Assembly (NCBI GenBank): GCA_964587015.1
Contig: CAZPKI010000001.1
Location: 1 to 47,628 of the forward strand
Origin: an uncultured Limnohabitans sp.
GTDB lineage: Bacteria > Bacteroidota > Bacteroidia > Cytophagales > Cyclobacteriaceae
DNA: 47,628 nt
Direction: 5' to 3'
Part shown: one piece after another, positions 40,182 through 47,628 of the stretch
Layout: each line of letters starts with the position of its first letter
Position numbering within the stretch: position 1 is the stretch's first letter
Notes under the pieces: model-generated
Told to the model about the DNA's origin: nothing
Seen by the model: the letters and a program-made list of their open reading frames with translations, nothing else
Databases searched by the model: none
Position numbers and translations under genes: made by a program

Positions 40182-41270
40182 ATGTTTGATTATTGCTATT
40201 GGCCAGAAGGATTAGAGGTCGAACTAAAAAAGCAACTTGATAATTTCCATCATCAGGCTCAAATGCTAATTGATGGCCAGATGTTTTTGGAATTGGCCAA
40301 TAAAATACTCAAAGCCCAGGTCGCTGGTAAATACTTTGAGCTTATCATTTTATTACCCAAGGGGTATAGGACCCTTGAAAATGCAAATTTATTTCACCGA
40401 ATCACCCAAGCAGGTGCTAAAGTGGGGATAATTGAAATCACCGCTTTTGACGAGGAGGTTGAACAGTTTTCCATTTTTGATAACAGTTTATATTACAGCA
40501 CAAAGCGATTAAAAGGTGAAGTAGATTTCACAGAATTTTTTTTCAAAAAGCACCAGGATTTTGATAATTTAATGGATGTCAGCCGGCTGGTCAATTCGTA
40601 TTCACAGGAAATTAAATTGACTTTTACTGCAGAGAAGTATTTTGCAATAAAAGGGGAGGAGATAAGCATCTTTTGGGAATCCACAAATGCAAACTCAAAT
40701 ATCTTGACCCCAGGCAATCTGATGCTCGACACCAAGGGTGAAGAGCGAATTACGATTGGGGAAGATTCTTTGCTAACAATTACTTCCAAAAATGAAAAAA
40801 GTAAAACTTCTTTGTCTATTTTTATTAAGTGTATTGAGGTTGATCATTTGAGGTTGTCAATTTCGATTTTCAACAAGGAAATTGACGATTACATTCCAAT
40901 AGAATCTATTTCAAAAAACAAAGAAATATATGCAGTTTACCTGAGCGATGTAGTAAAAGTTGAATGGGTTTGCAAGCCTGGAACAACTCTTTTCGAATCT
41001 CGAATGGGAAAATTGAACAATATAGGAGTCCATAATTTTGTTTGTTTAGAAAAAATAAGTTTAAATTTTGAGATGCATATCTCAAATACCATTACACACA
41101 AGGGTATTGAATTTTATCCTGTATCTAGAGATGGTGGTGATATAGAACAAATTTCTTTGGAAGTGAGTGAGGGTAAGTCAATGAAACCCGATAATACGGA
41201 GTTGAAATCCTTACAAAAAGAAGCATCCTTTTTAACTAGACTATTATCAATATTTAGCTCAAAAAAGTAA
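40182..41270 (+). CDS. Hypothetical protein: degenerate PLD-like N-domain plus Ig-like domain
   Basis: 362-aa ORF without signal peptide. PLD-like pattern ending VEQFSIFD; FTAEK..IKGEEISIFWES Ig-like pattern. Domain calls are tentative. Confidence 0.55.
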   Translation: MFDYCYWPEGLEVELKKQLDNFHHQAQMLIDGQMFLELANKILKAQVAGKYFELIILLPKGYRTLENANLFHRITQAGAKVGIIEITAFDEEVEQFSIFDNSLYYSTKRLKGEVDFTEFFFKKHQDFDNLMDVSRLVNSYSQEIKLTFTAEKYFAIKGEEISIFWESTNANSNILTPGNLMLDTKGEERITIGEDSLLTITSKNEKSKTSLSIFIKCIEVDHLRLSISIFNKEIDDYIPIESISKNKEIYAVYLSDVVKVEWVCKPGTTLFESRMGKLNNIGVHNFVCLEKISLNFEMHISNTITHKGIEFYPVSRDGGDIEQISLEVSEGKSMKPDNTELKSLQKEASFLTRLLSIFSSKK

Positions 41271-41271
41271 A

Positions 41272-42345
41272 ATGGGATTTGGGGATTTCTTTTTATTTTG
41301 CTCAGGTGTAAGTAAACCGGTTTTGGATAAATGTCCTGATTCCGAAAAAATAAAGCATGTCAGTATTGGGGCATCGGTTTTATTTACCGGCATTCTAGCC
41401 ATGCTATCTTCCTATTTTGCATTTAGTCTTATTTTTGAAGCCTATTTTCTTAATTTTTTTCTGGCGTTTTTTTGGGGCTTGATTATCTTCAATCTTGACC
41501 GATACATCGTTGCCACGCTCAGAAAGAAAGGTGATTTTTTTAGAGAAGTACTTCAAATTAGTCCACGTTTATTTCTATCGACACTGATAGCCTTGGTGGT
41601 TTCCAAACCGCTAGAATTACAGCTTTTTAAATCTGAAATTGAGCAAAATCTCAATGAAAAAATGGAGACGCGAATTACAGTTGCAGAACAGGAATACGCT
41701 ACTGCTCTTACAAACATAGATGAGGAAAAGAAAAAGTTAGACGTACAACTTCGCGAGTTTTTTGATTTAAAAGAATTTTACTACCAAGAGTACAAGTGCG
41801 AGTGTGATGGCACCTGTGGTACGGGTAGGTATGGCAGTGGAAAAGAATGCGAACGAAAGCAGAAGAAATACGAAGATTTTATTCTAGAGTATGAATCCAA
41901 AGAGCTTGACATTCGAGAAAGTAAAATGGCTCTGGAGAAAAGTAAGGGCGATAGATACAACTTATTTCAAGAAGATAAGGAAAACATCAAGGCAAACTTT
42001 TCCTTGGGATTACTTGCTAGGCTTCAGGCATTGCATAATTTAGAAAGTTTGGCGCCTTGGTTGATTACCTTGATGATTCTTTTTGTTGAAATTGCGCCAG
42101 TTTTGACTAAATTGTTTGCTTCAAAAGGACCGTATGATGATTTTTTAGCCCTAGAAGAAAATAATTTTAAAATGGAATACATCAATAACATGTACCAAAC
42201 GGGGCATCAAGTTGAGCAAGGATATTCCAGTAAGTTGAGAGAAGTACAAAGTATCAAAAAAGAACTTCTTTCGGATAAACAAAAGAAAGTTCAAGAATTG
42301 TATAGGGACCTTGGTAGAGAGATTACCAAACAAATAAATAAGTGA
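41272..42345 (+). CDS. DUF4407 membrane/coiled-coil protein
   Basis: FCSG..CP..E, IIFNLDRYIV, PRL..VVSKPLELQLF..EI, CECDGTCGTG..G..C, GLLARLQAL, GPYD. Confidence 0.85.
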   Translation: MGFGDFFLFCSGVSKPVLDKCPDSEKIKHVSIGASVLFTGILAMLSSYFAFSLIFEAYFLNFFLAFFWGLIIFNLDRYIVATLRKKGDFFREVLQISPRLFLSTLIALVVSKPLELQLFKSEIEQNLNEKMETRITVAEQEYATALTNIDEEKKKLDVQLREFFDLKEFYYQEYKCECDGTCGTGRYGSGKECERKQKKYEDFILEYESKELDIRESKMALEKSKGDRYNLFQEDKENIKANFSLGLLARLQALHNLESLAPWLITLMILFVEIAPVLTKLFASKGPYDDFLALEENNFKMEYINNMYQTGHQVEQGYSSKLREVQSIKKELLSDKQKKVQELYRDLGREITKQINK

Positions 42346-43616
42346 TGACGTCTACCAAATTTGCGCTATTAGCCATTTTTTCAACCTTCTACTTCAATTG
42401 TAGCAGATTGGTTGCAGGTGGAATCTTTCCTTTGGGAGCTTCATCCCCCTTTGGTATTCAGGATACGCTACTTTCTCAAACTTTCCAATCCGAAAATGAT
42501 TTTAGCTACTTTATTGCGAATGAATTTGGTGTTACAGAAAATATAGAGCAAGTAAACAAGCAAAGAATAGACAGCTTGTACCAGGTTCTGAATAAAGATA
42601 AAAAAATCCTAATCCCTAAAAAGGACCTCATAGATTTTTTAGGATATACACTTGAAGCTCCAGTTGCTAAGGAGGTGGCTTCTCAGACGGTTTCAATAGA
42701 TTCAAAAAAAAATGAATTCCGATTGGAGCTGGAGGCAATGGAGGGTGATTTTTTTAGACTTAATTATTCTGTCATTAATGGGTTCATTCAAAGTATTGGA
42801 CCAGCAGCCATGGTAGATGTATTGCTCAATGAGGTAAGTGTAGCCCGATCCTTAACGAAGAAAAGAGGAAAGTTCGTGGAATTAGAATTTGAGGCGCTTA
42901 CATCAGGGAAGTTAGAAATTGTGATACGAAATGTGGGCCCGTTACCTGAAGAGGGGAATCTGCAAGTATTTGTGACTCCCAGAAAAGAGCGCATCAATTT
43001 GAAAGAAATAAGGAATAAGGTTTTAGTTAAGAAGATGGAAGATACCATAGTCCAAGACACTATATTTCAAACCATTATAGATCAACAGGTTGTATTGGCT
43101 CAAAGGGCCAACCTAAAAGGGAGCTCTTTTTTTCAGCAAAAAATTGATTTTAGTTCCGATCAAGAAGTTTTAGGATTTTCAGTCTTTTTTTATCCGTTCT
43201 CGGAAAAAGAAAACCTCCAAGTTTTCCGAAGAGAAACCTACCGAGAAGATCCTTTAGAAGACTTTTCCTCAAAGGAATTAGTTGGAAGATCCTTTACATA
43301 TCTTCCTGAATATTCGATTCCTTTCCTGACTTACACCGTTACCGACGACAATTCAAAAGTCTTGTGGTCCAACAATTTGGATTCTTACCTTACTAGTTGG
43401 GGAATAAGCCCCAATAGTAAAGGTAATTACGCATTTTTTAAGGCTAAGGAAAATATGGCAAATACCGCTATCTTGGTAAGATTTTTGAATTCTTCCGAAT
43501 TGTACGATTTGGATTTTGGATTAAAAATTGTCACCCTATCTGTCAAAAGATTTAAAATCATGCAGGAGCTTGATGTTGAGGAATTTGAAGAAACTATACT
43601 GTTGTCTTTGCTATGA
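42342..43616 (+). CDS. Exported hypothetical protein, beta-rich
   Basis: Hydrophobic N-terminus; 4-nt overlaps with both neighbours. Confidence 0.7.
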   Translation: MMTSTKFALLAIFSTFYFNCSRLVAGGIFPLGASSPFGIQDTLLSQTFQSENDFSYFIANEFGVTENIEQVNKQRIDSLYQVLNKDKKILIPKKDLIDFLGYTLEAPVAKEVASQTVSIDSKKNEFRLELEAMEGDFFRLNYSVINGFIQSIGPAAMVDVLLNEVSVARSLTKKRGKFVELEFEALTSGKLEIVIRNVGPLPEEGNLQVFVTPRKERINLKEIRNKVLVKKMEDTIVQDTIFQTIIDQQVVLAQRANLKGSSFFQQKIDFSSDQEVLGFSVFFYPFSEKENLQVFRRETYREDPLEDFSSKELVGRSFTYLPEYSIPFLTYTVTDDNSKVLWSNNLDSYLTSWGISPNSKGNYAFFKAKENMANTAILVRFLNSSELYDLDFGLKIVTLSVKRFKIMQELDVEEFEETILLSLL

Positions 43617-45346
43617 AAAATGTTGATTTAAAGAACCTCTGCCTTTTTGTTTTTATTGCCTTCGCTGTTGTGGCTTGTAAAGAAGTGGCTACTTTAAAGT
43701 CAAGCACTAGACGGGTATCTTCAGAGCTCAAAACCATGCAAAATAGCTCAAAGAAATTGATGGGGTTTTTGGGTGTCAAAGATTCTTCTGCTCAGAATAG
43801 TGATAGTTTGGCCAACACTTATGCACCCTTAAACCAAAAGGTTTTTTTTAATAAATACGACTTCCTTTACGATGCACTGAACGGGGATAAGACCAACCAA
43901 TACCTGCACTCCTTAACGTACGATTCCACTACTGAATTGTATATAAATCAGCGGATGGACAAGCGGTTTCTGAGAGAGGATACGGAGGTTTACACCTGGT
44001 ATCCTTATTGGATGGGGGATGTTTGGAAGAGTTATGATTTCAATCTGATCTCTAGCATTTCGTTTTTATCCTACAACATCGACCCAAAAACAGGAAGCTA
44101 TTTGAACCCCGCTCAAATAAAACAGTGGAGAGAAACTGATTTATTGGATTCTGCAAAGATACACAAGACTAAAGTCCTGCTCAGTTTGGCATTGGAGGGT
44201 GAAGAAAACCATCTCGAATTTCTCAAAAATGAGAAATCATGGACTACCACGCTTGACTCAATTACAGTTTTGCTGAAAGAAAGAGATGCTGATGGAATAG
44301 AGGTCGAGTTTATAGACATTCCCCTAGAACTAGAACCCAAATTCTTAGATTTTGTAGCCCAACTTAAAGAAAATCTGAGTTATCGTTTTATTACCAAAAA
44401 GTTGACTTTATCCTTAGTAATCCCAGCAGCCCCTGACAAATTTCCATTTGACTTGAGGAAGTTAGATGAGTCTGTCGATTTATTCATTGTTAAGGGTTTG
44501 GATTACCATGAGGAAGATGGCACTGTGGCTGCAGTAGCCCCATTACGAAATGAAACCGCCGGTGGTCCAAGTTTGGAAAATACCCTTCTCACTTACTTGG
44601 ATAGGGGCTTGAATGCAGAAAAATCGATTTTAGCGTTGCCTCTCTATGGATCTCAATGGTCAGGGACTTTTGATCCAGAGGAAGGATTTTACACCACTAA
44701 CTTTGAAAGAAAAGTAACGCTTTCTGAGGTGAATCGAGTCTTCCAGTCTAAAGACAGCATTTACAAGATTGAGCCTATCCTGGATGAGACGACCATGACC
44801 CAGTATTTTTTCTTGGAGTTTCAAGACAATACCTCCATAGAAGGCTGGTATGACGATTCGTTAACGTTATCAAAGAAAATGGATTATGCCTTGGTCAATA
44901 AGTTTAAAGGGGTAGGCTTATGGGCTCTGGGATACGACTTGGGAAAAAATGAGGTATGGGAGGTAGTGGCAAAAAAGTTTACTGGAAATATGGTCCTAAT
45001 CAAAGATCCAATCAAAGAATTGGATGGATATCCACTACGGATCACTTCTTTTTTCCAAACCTACAAAACAATATTTGTGGCCACTTTCTTATTAATCACC
45101 CTTGCGATCATTATTGGATTGGTTATTGCCTTTTCTGATTGGCGATTTAGAGAAACTATTTTGGCAAGCCAACTCTACAGTTCGATTACTTTATCCTTTT
45201 TTTGCCTGCTATTAATTTGGATTTCCACCATTTTTGGCTGGTTAAATAGTGGAACTTGGGGTTATGTTCTATCATTTTTTGCAGGTGCAGGAATTTACTA
45301 TTTGGTGAGGCGATATGGAGGAATGATAAAAATTAACAAGCCCTAA
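43613..45346 (+). CDS. GH18-fold lipoprotein with altered catalytic motif and C-terminal TM helices
   Basis: Lipobox VVAC; WYPYW, ADGIEVEF, LDYH, LALPLYG, WYDD, GVGLWALGYD; three C-terminal hydrophobic helices. Confidence 0.85.
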   Translation: MKNVDLKNLCLFVFIAFAVVACKEVATLKSSTRRVSSELKTMQNSSKKLMGFLGVKDSSAQNSDSLANTYAPLNQKVFFNKYDFLYDALNGDKTNQYLHSLTYDSTTELYINQRMDKRFLREDTEVYTWYPYWMGDVWKSYDFNLISSISFLSYNIDPKTGSYLNPAQIKQWRETDLLDSAKIHKTKVLLSLALEGEENHLEFLKNEKSWTTTLDSITVLLKERDADGIEVEFIDIPLELEPKFLDFVAQLKENLSYRFITKKLTLSLVIPAAPDKFPFDLRKLDESVDLFIVKGLDYHEEDGTVAAVAPLRNETAGGPSLENTLLTYLDRGLNAEKSILALPLYGSQWSGTFDPEEGFYTTNFERKVTLSEVNRVFQSKDSIYKIEPILDETTMTQYFFLEFQDNTSIEGWYDDSLTLSKKMDYALVNKFKGVGLWALGYDLGKNEVWEVVAKKFTGNMVLIKDPIKELDGYPLRITSFFQTYKTIFVATFLLITLAIIIGLVIAFSDWRFRETILASQLYSSITLSFFCLLLIWISTIFGWLNSGTWGYVLSFFAGAGIYYLVRRYGGMIKINKP

Positions 45347-45353
45347 TTTAAAG

Positions 45354-45584
45354 ATGAACAAAATCGCAAAAGAGGTTCTCTTTTTCTTTCTGTTTTCCTA
45401 CCTAGCAATTTGGATTTGTTTCCCTGTCCTTATTGTTATGGATCCCAAGGCTTCTTCCCCTATTTGGAGTCCATTGGAGGAGGTATACCTTATTCAACTT
45501 TTCTTTTTTGTGTGGTTGGTAATCCTTCTTGCCTTGTACGCGCTTCGACTGCTTGTATTTTTTGTAATCAAAAAACTCGAATAA
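45354..45584 (+). CDS. Small two-TM membrane protein
   Basis: Starts 7 nt after the GH18 stop; two hydrophobic segments; resembles the 19784-20008 product. Confidence 0.65.
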   Translation: MNKIAKEVLFFFLFSYLAIWICFPVLIVMDPKASSPIWSPLEEVYLIQLFFFVWLVILLALYALRLLVFFVIKKLE

Positions 45585-45648
45585 TCTATTGGGTAAACTT
45601 CCTGTTTTCTTCCTAACCTCATTTCAGAATAAATACCTCGATAGACGC

Positions 45649-45732
45649 GAATCCTCCCTACGGGAGGCAGGCCTGCCTAACGCAGGGTGGCCACAAAGAA
45701 ATAGGAATCCGCTGCGTTAGGATTCCTACTTC
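45649..45732. repeat. GC-rich nested palindromic (REP-like) element
   Basis: Hairpin CCTCCC-TAC-GGGAGG (45653-45667); perfect palindrome AGGCAGGCCTGCCT (45665-45678); hairpin TAGGAATCC/GGATTCCTA (45702-45728). Confidence 0.6.
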
Positions 45733-46114
45733 ACTGGATATTCTATACTAATGATGCGCCGCTTTTACACCAGTATCCAAGTAAAAAAGGTTTGAAGTTC
45801 AATTATTTAGCTGTGGACTTTGGACAATGGTCAGTTCAATCCGTGTGGTTAACAGGGGATTTTGAGCAACTGTCATGAATGCAGATAATCATTTTATATT
45901 TTCCGACTCATTATTAGAATTTACCAAGGGTATTCGCTAATTTTATTTTGTAGTGCCGTATTTTTTTTGTCCTACTTTTAATTAGAGGATGTATTTTCTA
46001 TACTTTTTGTTTAGTGTATTTGTATTGAGTAAAATGGTTTGTATAATTTATCTATTTAATTGTGCTTTTCATTTAGAAAAAAAAGGTTTAGTAATCAAAT
46101 CTAAGATTTAGTTT

Positions 46115-47628
46115 ATGGAGATTTTAAATTCTCAAAATGATACTTTAATTGGGGATACAGGTTTTTTGGCTGGAAGGCAAAGACAGGTATTCGATTTACT
46201 TAGCTTGTTTCAAACCTCTCAATTAATTGGATTTATTGGAGAAAATGGATCGGGAAAAACAACCCTAATCAAAAAGGGATTGTTCCCTGAATTAGAAAAA
46301 GGGTTTTTGGGTATTGCAGGAAAAAAATGGAAGACGGTTACGATTCGTCCGGGCATTACTCCATTAGAGAACCTTTCAGCAGGGGTAGCAAAGTTGGGAT
46401 TAACGAGTGGAAAGCAAAAATTGGAGGAGGAGGTATTTCTTACCGAATCCATGCGCTTGTCTAATGAAGGCTTAAAGAATGCTTGCCTTCCCAATCCAAA
46501 TCAAAAAAGTGAATTTAACTCACTGGTAGTTATTGATAATTTTGAGGACCTTTTCCAGTACAGAGATGTAGCCGCAAATGCAAGTGACTGGGATGATACA
46601 GTAAAGAGCTTTATTCAGAATATAACCAAATGTGCTAGCTATTCTTCCATTCCAGTTTACTTCTTGGTGGTGATCAGGACACAGTACATGTCCAGACTTT
46701 TTGAATACCGTCATTTTTATGAAAAAGTATCTTCTTCCCAATTCAACCTGCCTCAGTTCCGAAAATCTGAATTTTTGGAGGTTGTAAAAACTCTTTTGAG
46801 CAGTTCCAAAAAGAAAATCAATAAAGATGGGATGGATTTCCTGTACAATCAATTTGGAAAAGATCAAAAAAATCTGACTTTATTAGGCCTTTACCTTCGT
46901 GAGGTTCTAGCATCCACGGCTGCTTCTTCCCAGGATGAAATTGGTCTAGAAACCTTGGTTCAGATTCCTAGTGACACACTTTACGCAAGAAAGCTGGATG
47001 ATTTTTTTGATTCTCTTGAAGAACACCAAAAAATACTAATAGAAAAATTATTTAAGCAAATTACGGTTACGCAGGATGCATCTAGTTTCAATAAACCAAC
47101 GCTAGTAGACCATTTTTTAAAGGTTTCAGGAGCGCAGCTCAATGAGCTTGGTCCCTTAATTCAATCGGTTCAAACTACATGTTCTTATGTATTTGAGGTA
47201 GTAATGCCCCTTCAAGAACGTTTAGAGCTTAAAAATCAGCCTTTAACCTCGGGATTAGCGGTGATTGACATTAAAAATGATCAGTTTATCCCCAATTGGC
47301 CGCGTCTGGTAGATTGGATCAAGGAAGAGCGAGATTCGCAAGACTTGTATAAAAAACTCAGCGAAAAATCAACCTTGTTTGACAAGGGATTAACCGATTA
47401 TTTGAAGACTCCTGATTTGGACATAGCACTTACTTGGTATGAGGAGCAAAATCCTGACGAATTGTGGGGCAATCAGTTCGATTCAAATTACGAGCATACG
47501 ATTTCCTATTTGCTTACGAGTAAGGCGAAGTTTCAAGAGGAAATCTTGAAAAAAGAATTGGCGAAAAAAGAAAAAGCGAAGCGTTTGAGAAAAACTATTA
47601 CGGTGGTTAGTATCATCACCGTATTTGT
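46115..47628 (+). CDS. nSTAND1-type P-loop NTPase, 3'-truncated (not in ORF track)
   Basis: Hand translation from ATG 46115: FLAGRQRQ, Walker A GENGSGKTT, GLFPEL, W..VTIRPG..PLENL, Walker B VVIDNFEDLF, WPRLVDWIKEE. Same frame at the window end (RLRKTITVVSIITVF, start of a TM segment). Confidence 0.85.
   Translation, partial: MEILNSQNDTLIGDTGFLAGRQRQVFDLLSLFQTSQLIGFIGENGSGKTTLIKKGLFPELEKGFLGIAGKKWKTVTIRPGITPLENLSAGVAKLGLTSGKQKLEEEVFLTESMRLSNEGLKNACLPNPNQKSEFNSLVVIDNFEDLFQYRDVAANASDWDDTVKSFIQNITKCASYSSIPVYFLVVIRTQYMSRLFEYRHFYEKVSSSQFNLPQFRKSEFLEVVKTLLSSSKKKINKDGMDFLYNQFGKDQKNLTLLGLYLREVLASTAASSQDEIGLETLVQIPSDTLYARKLDDFFDSLEEHQKILIEKLFKQITVTQDASSFNKPTLVDHFLKVSGAQLNELGPLIQSVQTTCSYVFEVVMPLQERLELKNQPLTSGLAVIDIKNDQFIPNWPRLVDWIKEERDSQDLYKKLSEKSTLFDKGLTDYLKTPDLDIALTWYEEQNPDELWGNQFDSNYEHTISYLLTSKAKFQEEILKKELAKKEKAKRLRKTITVVSIITVF

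Noticed and set aside
45657-45670. CCTACGGGAGGCAG matches the first 14 nt of the 16S rRNA 341F primer site
   Set aside because: Flanks show no 16S similarity (continues GCCTG, not CAG); explained by the local palindrome.
46219-46867. Minus-strand ORFs of 91 and 115 aa
   Set aside because: Antisense shadows of the nSTAND1 gene.

Overview
Bacteroidota window, probably Cyclobacteriaceae/Algoriphagus-like (inferred from gene content). Left (1-11.6 kb): a 5'-truncated GH20 hexosaminidase converging on a minus-strand operon (PSCyt/DUF1549/DUF1553 protein, DUF1501 protein, membrane cytochrome c-LRR-Fn3 protein, SIS protein), then two nucleotide-sugar dehydrogenases. Next comes a 4-gene cassette of exported proteins, three of which appear to share one domain, ending in an LRR protein, followed by kdsB. 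The centre (17.6-40.1 kb) is a contractile injection system (eCIS; Afp/PVC/AlgoCIS-like): sheath, tube, cap, cap-adaptor candidate, tube initiator, plug, LysM, VgrG, gp25, two baseplate proteins, short fibre, a 1893-aa tape measure protein with four 94-aa tandem repeats, and an AAA+ ATPase. No PAAR tip, recognisable lysis gene or recognisable toxin is present. Directly downstream is a tightly coupled 5-gene, mostly envelope-protein operon (degenerate PLD-like protein, DUF4407, exported protein, catalytically altered double-anchored GH18, small 2-TM protein). A nested palindromic element and an nSTAND1 NTPase running off the right edge (absent from the ORF track) end the window. All family calls are by motif recognition; no searches were run.
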